This document shows, piece by piece, positions 41,756 to 50,178 of a stretch of 64,000 nt of DNA (position 1 is its first letter; each line of letters opens with the position of its first letter). A model generated the notes under the pieces. The model saw only the letters and a list, made by a program, of their open reading frames with translations. It made no database searches and was not told the origin of the DNA. The DNA is from a virus (Duplodnaviria > Heunggongvirae > Uroviricota > Caudoviricetes). Position numbers and translations under genes: made by a program. The DNA lies in the IMG/VR virus record IMGVR_UViG_3300035696_000002. The stretch is one strand, 5' to 3'.

Positions 41756-42582
41756 TACCGCACCCCCTGAGCCGCCTTTTCCAACTGGCGGCGGAATTTG
41801 TTCCAAGCCACTTTCGCGGCCTGTTCTTCGTCCAGCATCCCATCCTGATAGTAATCGTCTTTGTGGTTCAGCTTGTATTCCTCGACCAGAACTTTGACAG
41901 CGGCATCGTCGATGATGACGGCCACGGGCTGAGCCGGGGCGTACAGGGCGGCAGCCGCCTCACGTCCGTTGATCCGGTCACGCACGGCACTCAGGGATTC
42001 CCCCTTGCCGACGAACTTGCCATCCTGAAACACGGTCTCCAAGTGCGAAGTGTCCGGGGCAACAGTGTGGCTCACCTTGTAGGAATCGGTTTTGCGAATC
42101 GGGTCGATACCCGGCAGCGTGGCGGCGAACCCGGCGTTGACCAAGTGAATGCACTCGGGGCCGAAGCCAGCTTCGATTGATTCGGGCACGGTCAGCGGAC
42201 GAGCACAACGACCGCAGCGGCCCTCGTGGTATACTTCGAAAATGCCGAGGCTGCCACGCTTGAACGACTCGAAAGCCGCGATGAAGTCCACAACTGACGG
42301 AGCAGACTTTCCGGCACGGGCCTTCTGTCCGCCCCAAATGAAGCCCTCTTTCTTGATGAAGCCGATGTAAGCGTAGTCGCGGGTGTTGTCGGGGCCGTTC
42401 AGGAGAGCGACGAAATGGCACGAGGGGTCATTCGGATTGCGTTTTGTTGCTTCGGTGACCTTATACGTGTGACGTTCACCAGACTCCGTGTTGCGGAGGG
42501 TGAAGATCGCGTTGCCAGCGAGGATGAACTTCAAAGTGTTGACGGCTTCTTTGAGTTGCCCGGTCTGGACTGTGTCGCTCAT
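41755..42582 (-). CDS. hypothetical protein with a CxxC...GPxC zinc-finger-like motif
   Basis: Track ORF; GRCGRCARPLTVPESIEAGFGPEC. Confidence 0.55.
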   Translation of the reverse strand: MSDTVQTGQLKEAVNTLKFILAGNAIFTLRNTESGERHTYKVTEATKRNPNDPSCHFVALLNGPDNTRDYAYIGFIKKEGFIWGGQKARAGKSAPSVVDFIAAFESFKRGSLGIFEVYHEGRCGRCARPLTVPESIEAGFGPECIHLVNAGFAATLPGIDPIRKTDSYKVSHTVAPDTSHLETVFQDGKFVGKGESLSAVRDRINGREAAAALYAPAQPVAVIIDDAAVKVLVEEYKLNHKDDYYQDGMLDEEQAAKVAWNKFRRQLEKAAQGVR

Positions 42583-42649
42583 GCCTATAGTATACTGGTT
42601 CCGGGGATGTTTTGTCCAGTAGGTAACCTGTAGTCAGGAAAGGACTTAC

Positions 42650-42835
42650 ATGGGGTTTTTGATTCGAATGATCGTCTTTCTGCTGTGGAGCGGCATGGCC
42701 TGCCTGATGATCGGCCTGCTGACCAGCCCACAATTTGCTGTCGCAGTTTTTCTCCTATTCGCAGTATTCACTAGAAATACTGTCATCCATGGTGGTATAG
42801 TGGAAGACAGGGACAAGGAAGACAGGGAGGACTGA
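42650..42835 (+). CDS. small membrane protein (2 TM), holin-like position
   Basis: Track ORF; sits directly upstream of the endolysin. Confidence 0.45.
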   Translation: MGFLIRMIVFLLWSGMACLMIGLLTSPQFAVAVFLLFAVFTRNTVIHGGIVEDRDKEDRED

Positions 42836-42836
42836 A

Positions 42837-43055
42837 TTGTTCAAAATCGAAATCGGTAAGCTCAAGTACACCTACCTCGTCGGAGCCCACACCGTGGGCA
42901 TCATCCCTCCAAGCCGACACAAGCACATCGCCACAATTCAAGAAGTTCGCGGGGATCGCAAAAATCCCCACACCGGAGTCAACAACGGCAGTTGTGATTC
43001 CATACTGTTGCCGGAAGAAATCGCAGCGTATATACTTAAGCTGAGACTCAAATAG
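42837..43055 (+). CDS. hypothetical protein
   Basis: Track ORF. Confidence 0.45.
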   Translation: MFKIEIGKLKYTYLVGAHTVGIIPPSRHKHIATIQEVRGDRKNPHTGVNNGSCDSILLPEEIAAYILKLRLK

Positions 43056-43056
43056 T

Positions 43057-43857
43057 ATGGCTCAACTCGATCCAGAACGTGAGGCGGATAGGGCTGCCGG
43101 GAAGGCGGCACTCATTCTGCTATTCGTTTTCATCCTGCTGTTCATCCTTCTGTTCGGGATTGTGCCAGCCGCCCACGGGGTATCCCTCGTGCCCGGCCAA
43201 CCCGCCAAGAAGCACCACCGCCAAAAGAAGCAGAAGCAGCCCTCGTGGTTTGACTACCGGGTTTTCATTCCATCGCACGAAAACCTGCTGGCTCAGAATG
43301 CCGCCATCGACGAGATGGGACTGCCTCGCATCCGGGATGACCAGTCGTTGAAGTCGTTGGAAGCGGAAGCTGCCCTTGTGCCGATCACGGACAACGAATA
43401 TGTCAGAGTGAGCCCGAAGCTTGAGACTAAGCGACGCTACTGTCGCCCATGGGTTGACGCCTTCCTCCAAGAGTTGGGGCGGGACTACTACACCAAGTTC
43501 GGAGAACCCATTCAAGTCAACTCCGCCGTCCGTACAGTCAAGACACAAAGCTGGCTGCTGCGTTGGAACCACAACGCGGCCCCGGCCCATGGAGAGACCG
43601 CATCGGCCCACCTTGCGGGTGTCGCTGTAGACCTGCAACGCAGGGGATTGACCCGAGAAGAAATCCGTTTCATTCAAAAAGAACTCCTGACCTTCGCGAA
43701 GATCAACATGGTGATCGTTGAAGAGGAGTTGAAGCAGCCATGTTTCCATGTCGTAGTCACAGAGGATTATCCTGTGCCGCCGAAGATAAATGTGGTAATC
43801 TCAGAGGAAGAACAACGGAAGGTGCTCAATGGAATCCTTAACGATCCAACAAAGTGA
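43057..43857 (+). CDS. peptidase M15 (VanY/L-Ala-D-Glu peptidase-like) endolysin with an N-terminal signal-anchor
   Basis: SAHLAGVAVDL matches the M15 SxHxxGxAxD zinc motif; N-terminal TM ALILLFVFILLFILLFGIV. Confidence 0.55.
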   Translation: MAQLDPEREADRAAGKAALILLFVFILLFILLFGIVPAAHGVSLVPGQPAKKHHRQKKQKQPSWFDYRVFIPSHENLLAQNAAIDEMGLPRIRDDQSLKSLEAEAALVPITDNEYVRVSPKLETKRRYCRPWVDAFLQELGRDYYTKFGEPIQVNSAVRTVKTQSWLLRWNHNAAPAHGETASAHLAGVAVDLQRRGLTREEIRFIQKELLTFAKINMVIVEEELKQPCFHVVVTEDYPVPPKINVVISEEEQRKVLNGILNDPTK

Positions 43858-44308
43858 CGCGGAGAAAAACCTCTGGAGTGGGGAACAGATTCAGGCCATG
43901 CTGGATACCGAAATCCAGTACAAGGATTGGCGGTTCGTTGTCAGCCAACGCGATGTCCAGACGGGCGGGATATGGGACATCGACCTCCGGCTCCGTGCTG
44001 AGTGGATCGGTGCCGATGCTGAGACCGGGAAGCCGGAAAAGCAGCAATCACGCTGGTGGCCATTGTCCAAGCACATGGTCAAGACAGAAATAATCCAGAC
44101 CGCTTTCCTGTGCGTCCTCAAGGCCGAGGAGCACGAAATCCGCGAGACTTTCAAGTATTTCATCCGGGAATCCCATGACGGCAGCGGTCGTTGGGCAGCC
44201 CCATTCAACTCCCACATTCACATTGACGCTTTAGCACGAGCATCGCACGACGTGGATGTCCGGCAGGACACCCGCCCCGAGGCCCCGAAGAACCAGCGGA
44301 GGGAGTAG
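43829..44308 (+). CDS. hypothetical protein
   Basis: Track ORF; start may be the internal ATG at 43898. Confidence 0.5.
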   Translation: MESLTIQQSDAEKNLWSGEQIQAMLDTEIQYKDWRFVVSQRDVQTGGIWDIDLRLRAEWIGADAETGKPEKQQSRWWPLSKHMVKTEIIQTAFLCVLKAEEHEIRETFKYFIRESHDGSGRWAAPFNSHIHIDALARASHDVDVRQDTRPEAPKNQRRE

Positions 44309-44508
44309 TGGTAGAACACCACCACGAGCGGTGTCACAACTGTGGTCAGCCCTTCGACCATGAGCTACTGGACTTCCTGTCCTGCGAACTCAACGAGTGC
44401 TACCGCTGTACCATGATCGACGAGAAAGATGCTTACCGCCGTCTCAGGGAACTCCGGCAGCGGGGGCAGATCGACGCCATACCGATGGCGACAACCACGA
44501 TCCAATGA
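44308..44508 (+). CDS. small zinc-ribbon protein
   Basis: CHNCGQP...CYRC. Confidence 0.45.
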   Translation: MVEHHHERCHNCGQPFDHELLDFLSCELNECYRCTMIDEKDAYRRLRELRQRGQIDAIPMATTTIQ

Positions 44509-45152
44509 CCAGACAAGCCAAGATTGCAGTCGTCACCGTTGTGGTGCTGTCGGTAGCCCTCGGTATCGGGCTCTACCTCTTCATCCGGCATCGGCAGGCC
44601 GTTCTCAAAACGAGAACAACTGTCCCCGTTTTGAGTACAGTCGTACCCAATTTGGGGTCAGGTGTCGGCCCCGGCCCCGGCAAGTACTGGCACCATGACG
44701 GCGTGCTCTTGCCCAACCCCCAACTGACGCCGGGCGAAGTCCGCACCACAGACAAGGCCGTGATCTGTGGGGAGAGTGCTCAGGACTTCCGGGATACTTC
44801 AGAGAAGTTGAAACGTCAAGTCTATGACGAGTACGACACGGCCCCGCATCAGGGAACCTGTGCGGATACCACACGCATGACCAAGGGCAGCAAGAAACAC
44901 CCACCCCACCAAGTCACTGAGGCCTGCGAGGTTGACCACGTTATCTCCCTTGAGTTGGGCGGTGCCGATACGGAAGCCAACCTGTTCCCTCAGCCCTACA
45001 ACCCCGGTGTGCCCGGTGCCCACTCCAAGGATCAGGTGGAGAACTGGCTGCACAGGCAAGTTTGTGACGGCTCGATTTCCGTGGAAGATGCTCAGAAAGC
45101 GATTGCAAAAGATTGGTATCAGGTGTATCTTGATAATCATCTAGGACGGTAA
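44505..45152 (+). CDS. membrane-anchored protein with an HNH-like (His-Me finger) nuclease motif
   Basis: Internal ATG of track ORF 44397..45152; N-terminal TM; EVDHVISLELGGADTEANLFPQ resembles the HNH D-H...GG...N core. Confidence 0.4.
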   Translation: MTRQAKIAVVTVVVLSVALGIGLYLFIRHRQAVLKTRTTVPVLSTVVPNLGSGVGPGPGKYWHHDGVLLPNPQLTPGEVRTTDKAVICGESAQDFRDTSEKLKRQVYDEYDTAPHQGTCADTTRMTKGSKKHPPHQVTEACEVDHVISLELGGADTEANLFPQPYNPGVPGAHSKDQVENWLHRQVCDGSISVEDAQKAIAKDWYQVYLDNHLGR

Positions 45153-45155
45153 CCC

Positions 45156-45536
45156 ATGGACTTCAATAAACGCGGCGTTTCGGTTTCGGTGGACTTACTC
45201 ACCCTGTCGATTATTGCTCTGCTCGTTGCAGGTCTCGGCCTCGGCTACTTGAACTACTCCGCCACGCGGGCTGCCGCTCTCCGACCAATCATCAATGTCG
45301 AGCCGTGCAAGGTCGCGAACCCGTCAGTGAACGTAGAGAACAACCTGCCACGGCCTCGGGTCATCATCAAAGTCATTCAGGCCCCGGCCCCGGCTGCTCC
45401 GGCACCAACCAACGAGAATCAGGCCCTCCCCTCCCCTTCTGAGTACCGAACGGAAGTCACGGTGATTGGGCATCGCATACCCGATTCGTTGAACCACCCC
45501 ATTCCGCGTGAACAGGCTCAGGTGGTTTTGCCGTGA
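45156..45536 (+). CDS. membrane-anchored Pro/Ala-rich protein
   Basis: Track ORF. Confidence 0.5.
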   Translation: MDFNKRGVSVSVDLLTLSIIALLVAGLGLGYLNYSATRAAALRPIINVEPCKVANPSVNVENNLPRPRVIIKVIQAPAPAAPAPTNENQALPSPSEYRTEVTVIGHRIPDSLNHPIPREQAQVVLP

Positions 45537-45718
45537 AATACAAGATCACAGTTGAAGTCACAGAACTCGATGAGCACGGCAACCCCAATCAAGGTGAGCA
45601 GTATTGGGCGTTGAAAAAAGTAGGCACGCTGGCGGAGATCGCCCCGGCCATGAAAGAGATCGGTGACCAAATTGAAAAGACGTTTACCAACCCAATCCCA
45701 ACCCCAATCGCAAATTGA
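45533..45718 (+). CDS. hypothetical protein
   Basis: Track ORF. Confidence 0.45.
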   Translation: MKYKITVEVTELDEHGNPNQGEQYWALKKVGTLAEIAPAMKEIGDQIEKTFTNPIPTPIAN

Positions 45719-45728
45719 AAGGCCACGT

Positions 45729-46322
45729 ATGTCCCTAGTTCCTATTGTCATTGAGAAGTCCGGTTACAACGAGCGTGCTTACGACATCTACTCACGCCTG
45801 TTGAAAGACAACATCATCTTCATCGGCGAACCGATTGACGATCTCGTTGCGAACAGCGTCATCGCCCAGATGCTCTTCCTCGCCCAAGAAGACGACGAGA
45901 AGGAAATCGAAATCTACATCAACTCACCGGGCGGGTCTGTCACAGCCGGGCTGGCAATTTACGACACCATGCAGTACGTGAAGAACGACATCGTCACGGT
46001 CTGCGTCGGTCAAGCTGCATCCATGGCAGCCATCCTGCTGGCGGCTGGCACCAAGGGCAAACGTTTCACCCTGCCCAATGCCCGAATCATTATCCACCAG
46101 CCCTCGGTCTGCCACATTGGCGGACAGGCTACGGATGTCGAAATCGCCTCGCGGGAACTGCTGCGTATGCGTGAGAAAAGCATCAAGATTCTCGCCAAGC
46201 ACACGACCACCAAGGCCGACCAAATCAAGCTGGACATCGAACGGGACTTCATCATGGAGCCGGATCATGCCAAGGAATACGGCATCATCGACGGGATCGT
46301 GGAGAAAAAGCGGAGATCGTAA
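45729..46322 (+). CDS. clpP: ATP-dependent Clp protease proteolytic subunit
   Basis: Catalytic-triad contexts GQAASMAA (Ser), IIIHQP (His) and DIERDFIM (Asp); typical ClpP length and order. Confidence 0.8.
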   Translation: MSLVPIVIEKSGYNERAYDIYSRLLKDNIIFIGEPIDDLVANSVIAQMLFLAQEDDEKEIEIYINSPGGSVTAGLAIYDTMQYVKNDIVTVCVGQAASMAAILLAAGTKGKRFTLPNARIIIHQPSVCHIGGQATDVEIASRELLRMREKSIKILAKHTTTKADQIKLDIERDFIMEPDHAKEYGIIDGIVEKKRRS

Positions 46323-46612
46323 TGGGTAGGCGGATAATCGACGACCATTTGGCGAAGCTGGAAGTGGAGTTCTTCAACAACGTTGAACTCCACGAAGGCT
46401 GCTACCACGGCTACATCGGCACGGATGCAAAACGTCCGTTTGGCAATCAAGATGTCGAGGACGACATCCTCGAAATTATTGGGGCGACGATGGAAGGCGA
46501 CGATGGCGACGGGCCTTGCTGGAGCAGCAAGCAACGGAAATACGCCATGGAGCTATTCACTGCTTTGCCCGATCATCTGCGGAACAAGTATGGAAGCCGG
46601 GCACGAGAGTAG
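46322..46612 (+). CDS. hypothetical protein
   Basis: Track ORF. Confidence 0.5.
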   Translation: MGRRIIDDHLAKLEVEFFNNVELHEGCYHGYIGTDAKRPFGNQDVEDDILEIIGATMEGDDGDGPCWSSKQRKYAMELFTALPDHLRNKYGSRARE

Positions 46613-46641
46613 TTGACAGGTAACCACTCCAGTGTTACTAT
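46613..46641 (+). promoter_or_regulatory. sigma70-like promoter: TTGACA, 17 nt spacer, TACTAT; the -10 is embedded in the inverted repeat ccagtg...cactgg, then a GGAGGAAGG Shine-Dalgarno
   Basis: Seen directly in the 54-nt intergenic region upstream of the SPFH gene. Confidence 0.5.
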
Positions 46642-46665
46642 AGTCACTGGAGGAAGGTTACTTCT

Positions 46666-47571
46666 ATGGGAATCGTTTTCTTTCTGATGTTTATCGCCCT
46701 GCTAGGCGTGGGCGTGTTCCGCTCTCTCGGTATCACCAAGGACTCTCGCACGGATGATATCTCTCTGCATTTCTCGGCCCTAAAGGGCGTTCCGTTCTAC
46801 ATTGCCTCTGTTCTTGTCTTTACCCTCTGGCTTTCGTTCACCACGGTTGACACAGGCTATCGCGGCGTCGTGCTGCGGTTCGGTGCCACGACCGGGCGAA
46901 CGCTCGATCCGGGGCCGCACTTCATTCTCCCGGTCGCTGAGTCTGTGGCACGGGTCAACGTTCAAACCCAGATCGTGAAACCAGACGAGATGGCAGCGTC
47001 GCATGACCTTCAGATCGTGCACACGCAGGTCACCCTCGCCTACTATCAAGACCCGGCCTACGCTGGATATGTCTACTCACAGCTTAGCGACGATGCTGCA
47101 ACCCGTATCATCAGCCCGGCCATCCTCGAAGCCATCAAGGCAGTCACCGCCAAGTACGACGCTGAGCAGCTTGTTGCAAAGCGTGCCGAAGTGCGTGATG
47201 GCATCGAAGACTTCGTGAAGCAACGCCTGACGCCTCACCACATTTTCGTGGACTCGGTGAGCATCACGGACTTCAACTTCTCCGATGACTACAACAAGGC
47301 CATCGAAGCGAAGGTGACCGCTCAGCAGAACGCCCTCAAGGCCCAGAACGATCTGACCCGTATCAAGATCGAAGCTGACCAGAAGGTCGCGGCTGCCGAG
47401 GGTGAAGCGAAGGCTCTGGCGTCCCAGAAGCAACAGATCACGCCGGAACTGCTCCAGCTTCGTACCATCGAAATGCTGAACAACAAGTGGGATGGACATC
47501 TGCCGGAGAACTACTACGGCGGCACCGCTCCTCTTCCCATGATGGATGTGCTCAAGAACCACAAGCAGTAG
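46666..47571 (+). CDS. SPFH/band-7 (prohibitin/HflKC-like) membrane protein
   Basis: N-terminal TM, then GYRGVVLRFGATTGRTLDPGPHFILP and a long coiled-coil tail typical of band-7 proteins. Confidence 0.65.
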   Translation: MGIVFFLMFIALLGVGVFRSLGITKDSRTDDISLHFSALKGVPFYIASVLVFTLWLSFTTVDTGYRGVVLRFGATTGRTLDPGPHFILPVAESVARVNVQTQIVKPDEMAASHDLQIVHTQVTLAYYQDPAYAGYVYSQLSDDAATRIISPAILEAIKAVTAKYDAEQLVAKRAEVRDGIEDFVKQRLTPHHIFVDSVSITDFNFSDDYNKAIEAKVTAQQNALKAQNDLTRIKIEADQKVAAAEGEAKALASQKQQITPELLQLRTIEMLNNKWDGHLPENYYGGTAPLPMMDVLKNHKQ

Positions 47572-47573
47572 TC

Positions 47574-47804
47574 ATGGAAAACACCTACACGGATGCGAGT
47601 GGCAAAAAGTACCACGCCACTCGCGTCATTCACCCTCAGCCGCTTCCGCCCGATGTTTACATTGTCGGGGCTGACTGTTATATCGGCTGGATATGCGTCT
47701 GCCGTACCTGTCAAGACGGCGTGCGGGCGACCTACAAAACCGGGCAGACCAATTATGTGGACTACCTGCCATGGGGCAATGGGATAGAAAAGCTGGAAGC
47801 ATGA
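47574..47804 (+). CDS. hypothetical Cys-containing protein
   Basis: Internal ATG of track ORF 47487..47804. Confidence 0.5.
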   Translation: MENTYTDASGKKYHATRVIHPQPLPPDVYIVGADCYIGWICVCRTCQDGVRATYKTGQTNYVDYLPWGNGIEKLEA

Positions 47805-48223
47805 GTCGATTCCACGTAGTTGACGATCATTGCAGCATCGCCGGGGGCGAAGACTATGGTGCCTTCGACACTCGCGAGCAGGCAGAAGCGGCGATTTCAG
47901 AAAAACGTAATACAGGAATCAAAGGTGGATGCCGTTGTTGTCGTGGCTGGATGATCCAGACCTGTGAAGACCGGATTCGAGTCCACCTTGGTTGGACAGA
48001 ACGTCAAGAAGCCCGGTTTACTCAATTCAAAGAGAACCCAAATGCACCGCTGACGTATGCGGACTTGATGCATTATGGCCCTCAAGACGGGGTCGAGCGA
48101 GAACTCACAGCCGAGGAACTGGCATCCCACAAATGTCACGATTACGATCCCGTTTCGTTCATGGAACGGTTACACGCGGCTCGTGATAGAATGTGGAAGA
48201 AAGAATCTAAGAAGGAGGATTAG
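47801..48223 (+). CDS. hypothetical protein
   Basis: Internal ATG of track ORF 47693..48223; ATGA overlap. Confidence 0.5.
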   Translation: MSRFHVVDDHCSIAGGEDYGAFDTREQAEAAISEKRNTGIKGGCRCCRGWMIQTCEDRIRVHLGWTERQEARFTQFKENPNAPLTYADLMHYGPQDGVERELTAEELASHKCHDYDPVSFMERLHAARDRMWKKESKKED

Positions 48224-48226
48224 ACT

Positions 48227-48418
48227 ATGACAGTGATGACGATCTGCGGAGCAGTACACGAGGCATCTGGAAGTGTCTGCACCCGCGAAGAGAACCACAC
48301 AGCCGACTCTGATCCCCGAGTGCAGCAGCATCTTGCCAGCAACGGGGTGAAGTGGCCAACGTTGCATGAGCTTGACCCGCACGAAGGCTACAACGACGCA
48401 GTACTCCACCGCATGTAA
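48227..48418 (+). CDS. hypothetical protein
   Basis: Track ORF. Confidence 0.4.
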   Translation: MTVMTICGAVHEASGSVCTREENHTADSDPRVQQHLASNGVKWPTLHELDPHEGYNDAVLHRM

Positions 48419-48462
48419 GCTTCCCGGACTACCCGCCCCATATATGAGGGGCGGGAGAACGG

Positions 48463-48687
48463 ATGGCAATCCGCATAATCCACCAGATCAACTCCGAATG
48501 CGACATCTTTGTCGAACGCAAAGGTCGCGACCACGTAATCGTCCGCATTACAGAAAGAAACTCAGAACTACCTGATCCTACAGACTTTGAAATTGAAGGG
48601 CACCCAAAACACATCAGCGAAGCCCTCGCTACCATCGCCGGAGTCCTCGTCCAGATCGAAGAACTCATCCAAAAGGAACCGTCGTAG
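48463..48687 (+). CDS. hypothetical protein
   Basis: Track ORF. Confidence 0.45.
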   Translation: MAIRIIHQINSECDIFVERKGRDHVIVRITERNSELPDPTDFEIEGHPKHISEALATIAGVLVQIEELIQKEPS

Positions 48688-48691
48688 ACGC

Positions 48692-48961
48692 ATGGGCAAG
48701 AAGTTAGGGGTATTTCGCTGCTTTTACTGTGACCGACAACTCAGTCGGCAAAAGAAAACCCGTGACCACATGACTCCCAAGAGCCGCAACGGCAGCAGTG
48801 CACCACGCAACATCGTGGATGCATGCAGGCCGTGCAATAATTTGAAGGGATGTTTGACGCTGGATGAATTCCGTATGGTGATCGCGTACCGCATGGGAAT
48901 CGCACACAAGCCGGAGTTCAAATTTCCCGGCGAACTGCGACGCGAACACGCCGGAGCTTAG
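48692..48961 (+). CDS. HNH endonuclease
   Basis: CFYCDRQL...TRDHMTPKSRNGSSAPRNIVDACRPCNNLKG is a classic HNH (CxxC...DH...N...CxxCN). Confidence 0.7.
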   Translation: MGKKLGVFRCFYCDRQLSRQKKTRDHMTPKSRNGSSAPRNIVDACRPCNNLKGCLTLDEFRMVIAYRMGIAHKPEFKFPGELRREHAGA

Positions 48962-50142
48962 TACTCGTATCCAGTCAGCGTCAGGTTGATGACGTTTGTC
49001 GTCGCTTGATCCAAGTGGCTCAGGCCGATACTCACCGTACCATTACCTGCGATTTCCAAACCATCCGGGATGTCCATGCTCATCTGTCCACCAACGCCTG
49101 TTGTTGCCGAAATGCCGAAGACTTCTGGGCATTGAACGAGGACGGGGCTAGTCGCGATTGTAGCTCCCGCTGTATTGGAACGCAGAGTGACACGGGAGAA
49201 CGGCACAGCAGCCGCACCTGCACGAACGCTTACGGAAATGTTTTGAATGCGGAGGGTCTTGCCTGACGTGATCGTGTAGCTGGTTACACCTGTTGTCACC
49301 GTCCCACCCTTGTTCTGTGACAAAGAGAATATTGTTTCAGATGTGACACCCGCTACCGCTGTTGCGGAAAGTGTGACGGCGGTACGGCCTGCGTCCTTGA
49401 GTTCCTGTACAGAGAAGCCCGTAGAGCCCTGTGTGCCTTTTGTGAGGGTGGTGCCGACGACTGTGGCATTTAGCAGGGCCGCATTGCTCTGCCCAACTGT
49501 CGGGACAGGTTCAAGGCTAACCTGAGAGCTTTGAATGATGAAGGTGACAGTGCCACTCCCTGTAATCGGGGTCGTCAAATTCACACGAAGATAGGCAAAG
49601 CCCGCTGTGTCAAATTCGAACGAAGAAGTGCCGAGAGTGGAGTTCCACGAAGTTACGGCATTATACGCACTCGCCTGTGCTCCCTGAATCGGCAACCAGT
49701 TAGCCCCGTCTTGAGAGACCTGAAAGGCGATGACGCCTGCCGAAACAGTTCCCGAAACGACGAAGCCGACTTGCACGTTGTTCTGCCCGTTGAGTGGCAG
49801 AGTCCACGTGGTGTTCGTCGCAGTCGCGGAAGTCCATGCTTGTGTAGTGCCAGAAAGTGTGCCTGAGTTATAGGCCAACAAAATCGTCGCGGTTCCTTCC
49901 CCTGTCCAAGGGCCTGAAAATGTTAGGACAATGTTTCCGAATCCGTCGAGCGTGGGAACGTATGTGGGCAAGTATCCGTCCGGGTTGATTGCCGTGGCGG
50001 ATGTTGGGAGTGTGCCTGAGTTGACAACTACGGCAGCTTGCGGGGCAAACGCGAACAACTGGTTGAATGAGTAGGTGAAGACAGTGGAAGAACCATCTCC
50101 GACAAGAGTGAGTGCCACTGCAACTGTTTGCTGAATTGCCAT
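48958..50142 (-). CDS. fibre-like structural protein paralog (394 aa), probable tail fibre/receptor-binding protein
   Basis: Shares the N-terminus MAIQQTVAVALTLVGDGSSTVFTY and the C-terminus ...NLTLTGYEY with the 971-aa gene; T/S/G/A/N-rich; carries a repeated beta-domain. Confidence 0.6.
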   Translation of the reverse strand: MAIQQTVAVALTLVGDGSSTVFTYSFNQLFAFAPQAAVVVNSGTLPTSATAINPDGYLPTYVPTLDGFGNIVLTFSGPWTGEGTATILLAYNSGTLSGTTQAWTSATATNTTWTLPLNGQNNVQVGFVVSGTVSAGVIAFQVSQDGANWLPIQGAQASAYNAVTSWNSTLGTSSFEFDTAGFAYLRVNLTTPITGSGTVTFIIQSSQVSLEPVPTVGQSNAALLNATVVGTTLTKGTQGSTGFSVQELKDAGRTAVTLSATAVAGVTSETIFSLSQNKGGTVTTGVTSYTITSGKTLRIQNISVSVRAGAAAVPFSRVTLRSNTAGATIATSPVLVQCPEVFGISATTGVGGQMSMDIPDGLEIAGNGTVSIGLSHLDQATTNVINLTLTGYEY

Positions 50143-50178
50143 TTTGGATTGTCCCCTTTGATTAGGGGAGCGAAAGTT

